Source: Cyanobacteria bacterium SZAS LIN-3 (GTDB taxonomy: Bacteria > Cyanobacteriota > Vampirovibrionia > Obscuribacterales > Obscuribacteraceae). From it: a DNA stretch of 64,000 nucleotides. The translations under genes and the position numbers were made by a program. The DNA is taken from assembly GCA_018266215.1 (NCBI GenBank), contig JAFEAV010000023.1, forward strand, positions 760 through 64,759, given 5' to 3'. The notes beneath the pieces are model-generated. The model was not told the origin of the DNA, made no database searches, and was given only the letters and a program-made list of their open reading frames with translations. Shown in pieces: positions 56,168-64,000 of the stretch (within the stretch, counting starts at the first letter, position 1; each line of letters opens with the position of its first letter).

Positions 56168-56199
56168 AAAGGTGAAGAGGCCTGAACCCCTTCACCTTT
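56168..56199 (-). terminator. Probable terminator of fbaB
   Basis: aaaggtgaag...cttcaccttt inverted repeat 38 bp downstream of the fbaB stop. Confidence 0.5.
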
Positions 56200-56236
56200 A
56201 TTGTTGCGTTCTTATCTGGCTGTCTGAGCCGTCTGC

Positions 56237-57304
56237 TTAAGCGATGGTTACTTGTTCGCAGAGGTAGACGTCTTGAATGGCATTGAGGAGCTCTATGCCG
56301 TCTTTCATGGGCTTCTGGAAAGCCTTGCGGCCGGAGATGAGACCGGTGCCGCCGGCGCGTTTGTTTACAACGGCCGTCATGATTGCTTCATCGAGATCGT
56401 TTTTGCCGGAAGCGCCGCCGGAGTTGATCAGGCCCTGTCTGCCCATGTAGCAGTTAGCTACCTGGTAGCGGGTCAGGTCAATCGGGTGGTCGGTGGTCAG
56501 TTCGCTGTATACGCGGGCATCGGTTTTGCCGAACTTGAGGGCGTTGTAGCCGCCGTTGTTTTCCGGCAACTTCTGCTTGATGATGTCGGCTTCGATGGTC
56601 ACGCCCAGGTGATTGGCCTGGCCGCTCAAGTCGGCGGAGAGACTGTAGTCGACGTCGCCTACTTTGAAGCCGCTGTTACGCAGATAGCACCAGAGAATGG
56701 TGGCCATGCCGAGTTCGTGAGCTTCGTGGAAGGCTTTGGAAACTTCGATGATCTGTCTGCCGGACTCGGGGGAGCCGAAGTAGATTGTTGCTCCAACAGC
56801 AACAGCGCCCATTTCATAAGCTTCGCGCACGGTGCCGAACATGATCTGGTCGAACTTGTTGGGGTAGCTGAGAAACTCATTGTGGTTGATTTTGACAATG
56901 AAAGGAATCTTGTGCGCATATTTGCGGGCTACAGATCCCAGTACGCCGTAGGTGGAAGCGACTGCGTTGCAACCGCCTTCTATGGCTAATTTGACAATGT
57001 TTTCACCGTCAAAATAAATGGGGTTTTTGGCGAAGGACGCACCGGCTGAGTGCTCGATGCCCTGGTCGACCGGCAATATGGAGAGATATCCGGTGCCGGC
57101 CAGACGGCCGTGGTTATACAGGCTCTGCAGGCTTCTCAAAACGCGCGGATTGCGGTCGCTTATCTGGGCGACGCGATCAACAAAATCGCCTCCGGGAAGA
57201 TGCAGGTGCTCCTTGGGAATACCTTTGCTCTGGTGCTCAAGAAAATAAGATGCTTTCGAGCCCAAGGCTTTTTCAATTTTGGATAATTCGGTCATAACTG
57301 GCAT
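56237..57304 (-). CDS. fbaB: Class I fructose-bisphosphate aldolase (FbaB/DhnA type)
   Basis: 355 aa, collinear with E. coli FbaB as I remember it: [55 protein letters not shown] and INSGGASG. Confidence 0.9.
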   Translation of the reverse strand: MPVMTELSKIEKALGSKASYFLEHQSKGIPKEHLHLPGGDFVDRVAQISDRNPRVLRSLQSLYNHGRLAGTGYLSILPVDQGIEHSAGASFAKNPIYFDGENIVKLAIEGGCNAVASTYGVLGSVARKYAHKIPFIVKINHNEFLSYPNKFDQIMFGTVREAYEMGAVAVGATIYFGSPESGRQIIEVSKAFHEAHELGMATILWCYLRNSGFKVGDVDYSLSADLSGQANHLGVTIEADIIKQKLPENNGGYNALKFGKTDARVYSELTTDHPIDLTRYQVANCYMGRQGLINSGGASGKNDLDEAIMTAVVNKRAGGTGLISGRKAFQKPMKDGIELLNAIQDVYLCEQVTIA

Positions 57305-57465
57305 TAAGGTTGCTTGCCTCCCTTTGACGTGGAGCTAAATTGCTCTGGAGACTTAGACTAGCAGAGCTTCTTGATCCGGCAGTCAAATCTCCCAAAAACA
57401 TCAAGGTTTGTGTAAAGCAGGACCTGGAGCCCCTCGATTGTCAAGCGCTTGCGTGCTTGCGCGAA

Positions 57466-57906
57466 TCACTGGGGCTGGGATAGCTCAAGAAGAACACCAC
57501 CGGTCGATTTGGGATGAACGAAGGCTATTTTTGCCCCGCCGGCTCCTATCTTGGGTTCTTCATTTATGAGCTTCGTGCCGCTGTCCTTGAGACAGGTCAG
57601 GCGTGAGCTGATGTCATCCACACCAATACAAATGTGATGCAGGCCCGGTCCGCGCTGGGCGATGAATTTGCCTACCGGGGTCTCTGGAGAAAGCGGTTCG
57701 AGCAATTCGATATGCGTGTTGCCCACTTCCAGCTTGGCTACCCTCACCCCCTGCTCCTCGACAACCTCGATTTCCAGGCGGGTCAGTCCCAGGCTTTCTT
57801 CGTAAAATTTGAGTGTTTCTTCCAGATTGGTTACGGCTATAGCCACATGATCTAGGCGTGTGTCGCCATGGGAGCCGGTATTGTGCTTGTCGGTTTCAAC
57901 AGTCAT
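57466..57906 (-). CDS. mce: Methylmalonyl-CoA epimerase (VOC/glyoxalase fold)
   Basis: Start at MTVETDK, with an AAGGAAG Shine-Dalgarno sequence. LDHVAIAVTNLEETLKFY, GLHHICIGVDDI and AFVHPKSTGGVLLELSQ. Confidence 0.75.
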   Translation of the reverse strand: MTVETDKHNTGSHGDTRLDHVAIAVTNLEETLKFYEESLGLTRLEIEVVEEQGVRVAKLEVGNTHIELLEPLSPETPVGKFIAQRGPGLHHICIGVDDISSRLTCLKDSGTKLINEEPKIGAGGAKIAFVHPKSTGGVLLELSQPQ

Positions 57907-58027
57907 ATTCGCTTCCTTTACTGAGAGCACTCTTATTTCACACTATCCTTAACTAAGTCAACTGCAAAGCCGGGGCTGCTTTTAGTAAAATGTGGACGTT
58001 TGTTGGACAAGTACGGAGAAGGCAGAG

Positions 58028-59929
58028 ATGTCTGAAATGCATACAATCGCTCCCAAAAGAGCCCTGACCAGTTTGGCACTTTCACTCGGAATTCTCGGTA
58101 CTTTTGCAGTTGGAAGAGCGCTCGCCGACGGGGAGCAGTCTCTGCAAAATCTGGCTGTGGATAGTCAGCGACATCTGGTGGTGCAGTTTGCCGGAGGTGG
58201 CGGAGCGCCCCAGGCTCCCAAGCTGACCGAGGTGAAATCCCCTAATCATCAACTGTACATTGAGTTTGCCGATACGACCCTGGACGATAATTCGGTGCCG
58301 CCCTCGGACCAGCTCACTCGTAAGCTCGTTTCGCAATTGCCCGGCCTGCGTCGGGCTCTGATCGGTGTTGTGCCCAATGCCGCCAGTCCAACTGTCAGAG
58401 TTGTGCTGGATCTCGATCCTGACCTGGCGATCACCCCGGCGGTGGCCAATCTGCGTGAAGGTGCCGCAATCATCAGTCTGGGAGATGCCGTCAGCGGTGG
58501 CGCCGCCGATGGTGCCGTTCCCGTAGCCGACAATTCCGCCGCCGGTGCGCCTGAAACTCCTGTCTCCGACATTGATTCGACCTCCGGCAGTGCGCCCACT
58601 CCCAGTCCGTCCAGCACCAGCGACCCCACGGCTGCTTATGAAGAGTATTACCGCAAGTTTTTGCAGCAGAAACAGCTGACCAAGGCCACCGTTCCCGCCG
58701 GTGAGTGGGGACCTCGCAAAGGCACCCTGAGCGAAGTCAATGCTATTAAGAAGCAAGGTATAAGAATTATCGGCACACCGATTCAATCACCGGCACTACA
58801 GGATGTGTCGGAGGTCAAGGCGGCGGCCCCCGCTCCTAAAGCCAAACGCGCTCCTGTTCCTGCCCCGACCTCTGAAGTGACCGAGGCTACCCCCGCCGCT
58901 ACACCAGAACCGGCCCCGGAAGCCGTCAGTGAAGCTCCTGCGGCGGCGCAGCCGACAACGCCGGTAGAGGAGGCTCCTGCCCCCGGTAAGCCTGCCGCCG
59001 TGGCCGAAACAGCCCCGGAAGAAACGGCTTCGCAGCCGGCTGAGGCTCCTGCCGCTCCTAAGGAAGAAGCGGCTTCGACCGCGCAACCGGATATGGTGGC
59101 AGGTGAGGAACCCGCTGTTGAGCCCGCCGCTCCCGCTCCCGTCAGACATCAATTGCCCACCCCGGTGAAAAAGGCTCCAGTGGCTAAAGCCGCTCCTTCT
59201 CCCGGTCGCAGAGTGGCGGCAACTGCTCCTGCTGCCACCGCAGCAGGGGAAGAATCAGCCTCCACTCCTGCCGATGCGACAGCCGCCGCCGGCGGAAGCG
59301 ATGAAGAAGCGAATCTGGCCGAGACCGAAACTCCGGCCGCTGCTGAATCACCCAAGCTGCGCGCGGCGAAATTGTTTAATTCCGCTCTGAAGAATCACAT
59401 GCAAGGCCGAGTCAGCCAGGCAATCACTCAATATCAGCAGGCCCTCAAACTCAATCCAGAACTGGGTTGTGCCCACGGTAATCTTGGTCTGGCTTACAAT
59501 CAGATGCACAATTACGACAGTGCCCTGACCGAGTTTCACAAGGCTCTGGCTGTTAATCCCCGTGATGCCATCACATATAACGGTATCGGAGCGGCCCTGC
59601 GCGCCGAACACGATATGCCCGGCGCCATCAAAAACTGGCAGACCGCCGTCAAGCTTGATCCTAAAATGGCCGTAGCTCACTTCAATCTTGGCACTGCTTA
59701 TGAGCTCGAGGGCGATCCGGAGCAGGCCATGGTTTCCTATCAGAACGCCGTGGCCAATGATCCCAAATTTGGTGAAGCCTTCTATCGCATGGGCCTGATT
59801 ATGCAAAAGCGTCATCGCTTGCAGGATGCCAAAACCAATTTCAAAAAAGCCCTGAACGTTTCGGCTGATTCCGATTATGCCGCCGACGCCAGACTGAAGA
59901 TTGCCGCCATCGATAAGGTGAGCAAGTAG
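58028..59929 (+). CDS. Secreted protein: AMIN-like N-terminal domain, long Pro/Ala/Glu-rich linker and C-terminal TPR repeats
   Basis: Start placed at MSEMHT. Signal peptide, LVVQF...HQLYIEFADTTLD...VRVVLDL (AMIN-like), ~250 aa of PA-rich low complexity, then four or five TPR units. Confidence 0.7.
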   Translation: MSEMHTIAPKRALTSLALSLGILGTFAVGRALADGEQSLQNLAVDSQRHLVVQFAGGGGAPQAPKLTEVKSPNHQLYIEFADTTLDDNSVPPSDQLTRKLVSQLPGLRRALIGVVPNAASPTVRVVLDLDPDLAITPAVANLREGAAIISLGDAVSGGAADGAVPVADNSAAGAPETPVSDIDSTSGSAPTPSPSSTSDPTAAYEEYYRKFLQQKQLTKATVPAGEWGPRKGTLSEVNAIKKQGIRIIGTPIQSPALQDVSEVKAAAPAPKAKRAPVPAPTSEVTEATPAATPEPAPEAVSEAPAAAQPTTPVEEAPAPGKPAAVAETAPEETASQPAEAPAAPKEEAASTAQPDMVAGEEPAVEPAAPAPVRHQLPTPVKKAPVAKAAPSPGRRVAATAPAATAAGEESASTPADATAAAGGSDEEANLAETETPAAAESPKLRAAKLFNSALKNHMQGRVSQAITQYQQALKLNPELGCAHGNLGLAYNQMHNYDSALTEFHKALAVNPRDAITYNGIGAALRAEHDMPGAIKNWQTAVKLDPKMAVAHFNLGTAYELEGDPEQAMVSYQNAVANDPKFGEAFYRMGLIMQKRHRLQDAKTNFKKALNVSADSDYAADARLKIAAIDKVSK

Positions 59930-59950
59930 ATAACACGGCTAATAGATGCA

Positions 59951-59987
59951 TAGGGTGGAAATTTTCGAGTTTCCACCCTATTTTTTT
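59951..59987 (+). terminator. Rho-independent terminator
   Basis: tagggtggaaa/ttttcgag/tttccacccta followed by ttttttt. Confidence 0.85.
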
Positions 59988-60029
59988 GCCAACACCTGTT
60001 AATCCCCTGTCTGGAGTTTGGAGGTGAGT

Positions 60030-60773
60030 ATGTCGATTACGCAGCGGAGTTTTTTGGCAGGTGTCCTTCTTCTGGCAATCTCTACGCCCTTCGTAACGAC
60101 CGCCGCCCTGGCCGGCGAGATAGTGGTGATTAAGGGGCAGCGCTACGAGAAAAATGGTGACAAACTCTATCCTCAGCAGGATGCGAGCTGGACTGACCTG
60201 CAGGGTGTTGTGCATCCCAACTGGATCACAGACTACTCCACCTATCGTGCCCCGGAATTTCAGCCCAATTTCAAACCCCAGCACCCAAATTTTCAGGCCA
60301 CCTCGGCCGCTGTGCCGCAGAAGCCCGAGCCGCCGCCCTTTCAGATTGTTGATTCGGGCAAAAAGCATCTGGTCACGATCGGTGCCGACACGCTGTTTGA
60401 TTTCGATAAGGCTACCCTCACGCCCAGGAGTGAAAAAGTCCTGGCCAGGCTTGGTCCGGCCCTGAAAAAATACGGCAGTTGCAGTGTCTCTATCGCCGGT
60501 CATACGGACAATATTGGCAGCGAAGAATACAATCAGGACTTAAGTGAGCGGCGGGCGACCACGGTCAGAGACTGGTTGGCGGCCCATGATTTTATTGCCG
60601 CCGATGCTTCCATCACCGGTTACGGCGAACGCCAGCCGCTGGCCCGAAACACGTTGCCTGACGGCAAAGACTATCCTCCCGGACGGGCACGCAACCGCCG
60701 GGTGGAGATCACCCTGGAGAGTATTGAACCGGTTGGAACGGCCGAAGCCGCCCCGACTAAGCCTGCTCTTTGA
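60030..60773 (+). CDS. OmpA-family (OmpA_C peptidoglycan-binding) protein
   Basis: GGAGGTG Shine-Dalgarno sequence and a signal peptide. LFDFDKATLTP...IAGHTDNIGSEEYNQDLSERRATTVRDWL...NRRVEI. Confidence 0.85.
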   Translation: MSITQRSFLAGVLLLAISTPFVTTAALAGEIVVIKGQRYEKNGDKLYPQQDASWTDLQGVVHPNWITDYSTYRAPEFQPNFKPQHPNFQATSAAVPQKPEPPPFQIVDSGKKHLVTIGADTLFDFDKATLTPRSEKVLARLGPALKKYGSCSVSIAGHTDNIGSEEYNQDLSERRATTVRDWLAAHDFIAADASITGYGERQPLARNTLPDGKDYPPGRARNRRVEITLESIEPVGTAEAAPTKPAL

Positions 60774-61230
60774 TCTTTTGCACCAGAGATGTAGTGCTCT
60801 TTTGCGGCACCAGCGGCAACAGTTTCACTTTGCCGCCGAATGATTCGACTACCGGTGTTTCCGCCAGCTCGCCGGTGGTGTAGTCGGCACCTTTTATATG
60901 AATGTCCGGCTTGACCAGCTTGAGAAATTCGACAGGGGTGTCTTCGTCAAAGATGTAGACAAAGTCCACGCTGCGCAAGTTGGCCAGTAGTTCGGCCCGA
61001 TCGTTTTCGTTGTTGATTGGTCTTTCCGGGCCCTTGAGGCGGCGCACCGAGGCGTCGGAATTGAGGCCGAGGAAGAGCACGTCGCCTTCTTCTCTGGCCT
61101 GGTTGAGGATGCGTACATGACCGATGTGCAGAATGTCAAAGCAACCATTGGTCGTGATCACTCTTTTGCCTTGCTGCCGCGCCTGGTCTGCGGCCTGGGC
61201 AACTTCTATGGCGGTGGCGACTTTTCCCAT
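60757..61230 (-). CDS. rfaE2: D-glycero-beta-D-manno-heptose 1-phosphate adenylyltransferase (RfaE domain II type cytidylyltransferase)
   Basis: Start moved to MGKVATA (61228-61230), because the upstream extension crosses a terminator. TNGCFDILHIGHVRIL, LNSDASVRRLKGPERPI and VKPDIHIKGADY. Confidence 0.8.
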   Translation of the reverse strand: MGKVATAIEVAQAADQARQQGKRVITTNGCFDILHIGHVRILNQAREEGDVLFLGLNSDASVRRLKGPERPINNENDRAELLANLRSVDFVYIFDEDTPVEFLKLVKPDIHIKGADYTTGELAETPVVESFGGKVKLLPLVPQKSTTSLVQKIKEQA

Positions 61231-61321
61231 GGAAACGGTTCTTTCATTGTGTGGCGGTGGAAATAGTCTAGCACCCTGGGGCCAAGATGTGACTCTGCTA
61301 TGCTGAGTAGTACTGTGGGGC

Positions 61322-61354
61322 AAAAAAAAGGTGCACCGAATGTGGTGCACCTTT
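61322..61354 (-). terminator. Rho-independent terminator of the M15-like gene
   Basis: The minus strand reads aaaggtgcac/cacattcg/gtgcaccttt followed by tttttttg. Confidence 0.8.
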
Positions 61355-61402
61355 GATGGCTGGGCCGCTGGTAAGTTTTTTTTGATGTTTGTCCTTGTCG
61401 GC

Positions 61403-61963
61403 TCAGTGACCGTCGAAGGACCAGTGGGGAGGATCGGAGACGAGCTTGATCACCTTGTAGGTGGCGCCGACTGCGATCAGGTCCCTGTTGCTGCCGCTGT
61501 GCGGGTTGGACTTGATCGGAACCGCCTTGCCCGAGGCATTGGCGACGTTGATGCTGTCGGAGGACCAGCCTATCGTCATGTCGATGGCCAGACGCAAGGT
61601 GTGGTTGGAGGACAGTGCCGGTCTGAAGGCGATGTCGTATCCCTGGACCATATCTTCGGCGGCCTGGCGCGAGGCGTTCAGGTCAAGCGAGCCGTCGGCT
61701 GTGCGGTGGCACCAGTCGATATCGATGTCGGGATTGGTCGGGACCTTTGTCGGGTCTAGTTTCTCACGCGCGATGCGGAAGGCGTAGTGCATGAGAAAAG
61801 CGCGTTCTGCGGGCCGGTAGGTGGCGCTGATGCGCACGTCGGCGCCGGCAGAGCGCAGGGCGGAAATGAAGCGCTTCACGTTGTCCCGGAAGGGGGCGTT
61901 GAGCGCTTCGACGTCCGTGCTGGTGGGGAATTTGCTTACCCAGGAAGAGCCGCTAAGAGGCAT
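61403..61963 (-). CDS. LAS-fold (M15/VanY-like) zinc peptidase-like protein, no signal peptide
   Basis: 186 aa. SNHTLRLAIDM fits the H-x6-D metal-ligand block. The C-terminal DPPHWSFDGH supplies the distal His. ISATYRPAE resembles the substrate-carboxylate Arg region. Confidence 0.45.
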   Translation of the reverse strand: MPLSGSSWVSKFPTSTDVEALNAPFRDNVKRFISALRSAGADVRISATYRPAERAFLMHYAFRIAREKLDPTKVPTNPDIDIDWCHRTADGSLDLNASRQAAEDMVQGYDIAFRPALSSNHTLRLAIDMTIGWSSDSINVANASGKAVPIKSNPHSGSNRDLIAVGATYKVIKLVSDPPHWSFDGH

Positions 61964-62038
61964 GTTATTCTCCTTGTAAAAATATGACCTCGAAGACTTG
62001 CTTTGAAAGCCGTTATTGGCTCAGTCCGGGTCTGAAAT

Positions 62039-62704
62039 TCAGGATGCTTTGACGGTGCCGTTGGGCGCGACGAGCGCGACGCCGGGCATGTACTTGAGGC
62101 TTTCGGCCGTTTCTTCGCTGCATTCCACCACGACCGTGCTCAGGCGCGGCAGTTCGGTGCGAACGGTGACTTCGCCGTCGGGCAGGGCGCTGCGGCTCTG
62201 GACCCAGGCACTGAGGTCACGCTTGAAACTTTCGAAGGCGCTCTGCAGGTGGATGGCGATGGCATCGCTGCCGGTGGGGGCGCCGCCGGGCAGGTAGTGG
62301 TCGGTGTCGATGGCGACAATGAACGACAGCTTCTGTGCGTTGCCGCCGTTGCCGGGCGAATTTCCGGGGTTGGACGGCTTGGCCAGGGAGACGCGGCAGC
62401 TCTGGCATTCTTGCTTCTGCTGGCTGCACGAGGCGCAGAGCTTGTACATTCCGGAGCTGGTCATGCCGCCGCAGGCGGAGCAGTGACCGATGTTGGCGAT
62501 GACCATTTTGCCGGCGCAGTTTTTACAAAACATGTTTTGTCCTTTCTCGATTTCGTCGCTCGTGTGAGCAACAGTTTGTTTCGGAGTAACCTCAGGTAAT
62601 TCGTCGACACGAGCCCGGACCGATCTCAATTCAGTCGCGTTTAACAGAGACGCCGTATCCAGCTGCGACAGAAGATTTTTCTGTCCCGGGGAGCTGAGCG
62701 TCAT
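62039..62704 (-). CDS. Hypothetical protein with a clustered Cys zinc-ribbon region and a C-terminal alpha/beta domain
   Basis: 221 aa. CKNCAGK...HCSACGG...CASCSQQKQECQSC. The C-terminal ...VVVECSEETAESLKYMPGVALVAPNGTV resembles a propeptide (inhibitor I9)-like fold pattern. Confidence 0.5.
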   Translation of the reverse strand: MTLSSPGQKNLLSQLDTASLLNATELRSVRARVDELPEVTPKQTVAHTSDEIEKGQNMFCKNCAGKMVIANIGHCSACGGMTSSGMYKLCASCSQQKQECQSCRVSLAKPSNPGNSPGNGGNAQKLSFIVAIDTDHYLPGGAPTGSDAIAIHLQSAFESFKRDLSAWVQSRSALPDGEVTVRTELPRLSTVVVECSEETAESLKYMPGVALVAPNGTVKAS

Positions 62705-62928
62705 TGAGAAGCGCGAATTAAAAAGAGAAGGAGAGACCAGGAGAGATGGGAGAAATTACGAGAAGGACACTGAACGCTAACCCATCTTTGATGCTTTCTT
62801 CTATGATTTTGCGCAGTTGAAAGTGCCAATTTTCTCAGTTTGAGGATAAACCGCTGGCGCGGATCCGCCACCTTGGCAGCCGCCTGTAATGCCCGTTCTG
62901 GTGGTTCGCCCAGTTCCGCTATTGACAT
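62701..62928 (-). CDS. Small hypothetical protein
   Basis: 75-aa ORF whose TGA overlaps the downstream ATG as ATGA, suggesting translational coupling. No motif. Confidence 0.35.
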   Translation of the reverse strand: MSIAELGEPPERALQAAAKVADPRQRFILKLRKLALSTAQNHRRKHQRWVSVQCPSRNFSHLSWSLLLFLIRASQ

Positions 62929-63394
62929 TGCTGGGCGAGGATTTCGCTTGGCAGGATGATTTCAAGTGGGTTCTTCAGCCGGCCGTCTCCTTTGAAACCG
63001 TGGGAAGTGGCCTGCCTGTGTGACATTTGGGGTCGGGCGTCGCTTTGCAACCAGGCGGGGCAGTCAAGTGGGGTCTCGGAGGCTGAGAGATTCATCAGTT
63101 CATTGTCTTGATATCAAGTCCCTGGAATCGTTAGCTTCTCTGGGTACACCTATATTTCTTTTTCCATCAGGCACTTCTCTTCCAGCTTTATCTTCACGCG
63201 ACCACATCAATCTCTTCATGAATTGAGCTGTACATCTCGATTTCATGTGAGGTGCCGCCCGTGAATTTTGCCTTTTGAGAAAGCTGTCTTTTTACCTGAT
63301 GGCTCATTCGCAAGACTTTGCGCTGTTGCAACTACTTGCGACGGCTGCTGCAAAACAACAACACCTGGTGCGCTTTTGCACCCGGGAGGTTTCA

Positions 63395-64000
63395 ATGGCT
63401 AACAAAATTATCAGTTCCGATGATCCGAAGTTCAATCAGATTCGGCGTCGGATGCTGGAGACCTGGGCCAAGACTATCCTCGGCTATCTGGCTATGGGCG
63501 GTCTTATCTACGGTGCTCTGGCTGTCTTTCACTTCTCCTACCACCTGCAGCTTGGCTTCGGGCTCCTGTGGTTCCTCGTTCCGGTGTTGAGTTGGTGGTT
63601 CAGTGCCAAAGTGGCTCTGGCTATGACCAAGTCGACGCCCGCTGATCCCAGCAACCCCGAGCACAAGCGCTTGATCGAGATCGTCGATCGCGTCTACGCC
63701 AAGAGCGGTCTCAAGTTCAAGCCGCCGGTCTACATTTCGGACAATCCGCTGCCCAACGCCTTCGCCACCGGTCCCATCCACCGCAAGGCGGTTGTCGCGG
63801 CCACCAAGGGGCTTTTCCTCTGCGGTATGAACGACGATGAGATCGAGGCTGTTTTTGCCCACGAGCTCGGGCACGTCAAAAACTACGACGTGGCCATCAA
63901 CTCCATGCTCTCGGTCCTGTCCATGATTTTCTTCATGATCACCGACCAGGGTGTGAAGCTCTTGCTCGGCGGTCTGCGCATCTTCAAGAAGGACTTCGGC
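63395..64000 (+). CDS. htpX: M48-family zinc metalloprotease (HtpX-like), N-terminal part. The gene runs off the right edge.
   Basis: Absent from the ORF track because it is edge-truncated. Translation from the ATG at 63395 gives MANKIISSDDPKF..., two TM helices, ...NAFATGP...VFAHELGHVKNYD (HExxH), and stays in frame to the window end. Confidence 0.75.
   Translation, partial: MANKIISSDDPKFNQIRRRMLETWAKTILGYLAMGGLIYGALAVFHFSYHLQLGFGLLWFLVPVLSWWFSAKVALAMTKSTPADPSNPEHKRLIEIVDRVYAKSGLKFKPPVYISDNPLPNAFATGPIHRKAVVAATKGLFLCGMNDDEIEAVFAHELGHVKNYDVAINSMLSVLSMIFFMITDQGVKLLLGGLRIFKKDFG

Noticed and set aside
60757-61350. Full 197-aa extent of the rfaE2 ORF
   Set aside because: The first 40 codons run through the terminator hairpin of the upstream gene (61322-61354) and have no family similarity. 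The start was moved to the ATG at 61228-61230, which gives a typical ~157-aa domain II protein.
63392-63874. 160-aa minus-strand ORF and 90-aa plus-strand ORF (63318-63590) at the right edge
   Set aside because: The plus-strand frame starting at 63395 encodes an HtpX-like M48 protease with TM helices and HELGH. The listed ORFs are antisense or out of frame relative to it.

Overview
This is a bacterial chromosomal segment of about 60 protein-coding genes at moderate-to-high GC. I recognised no rRNA, tRNA, CRISPR array, transposase or integrase. The taxon cannot be assigned from this window.

Recognisable genes:
- Central metabolism: mdh (edge-truncated), citrate synthase, icd, class I fbaB, methylmalonyl-CoA epimerase, ROK fructokinase and an SDR.
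- Envelope and transport: OmpA-like protein, rfaE2, an ABC-2 exporter, an ABCD-type ABC half-transporter, a CaCA antiporter and htpX (edge-truncated).
- Signalling: a Hanks kinase with LRRs, a PP2C phosphatase, an OmpR/HisKA two-component pair, and a protein with three tandem MshEN-type putative c-di-GMP-binding domains.

These are interspersed with many orphan proteins. Several carry eukaryote- or effector-like features or low-complexity repeats: an LPxLP leucine-rich repeat protein, an annexin-like 1084-aa protein, a curlin-repeat protein, KGKEGSC and YYAPPQ repeat proteins, and an 11-mer amphipathic repeat protein.

The strongest candidate for an undescribed system is a minus-strand, translationally coupled module at 13240-17159. 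Its first gene is a pyruvate-phosphate-dikinase-type enzyme with an intact ATP-grasp and phosphohistidine swivel, but the PEP/pyruvate TIM barrel is replaced by an unrelated helical domain. A CX5R phosphatase and two small proteins follow. The same-strand gene run continues through the 11-mer repeat protein, a PlsC acyltransferase, the ABCD transporter and three small orphans (8117-13121).

A second candidate is a GC3-rich block (50061-53445) holding an unusual Rossmann-like/SAM-methyltransferase fusion and an orphan protein next to icd.

All calls come from reading the translations and hand-located motifs. No searches were run.
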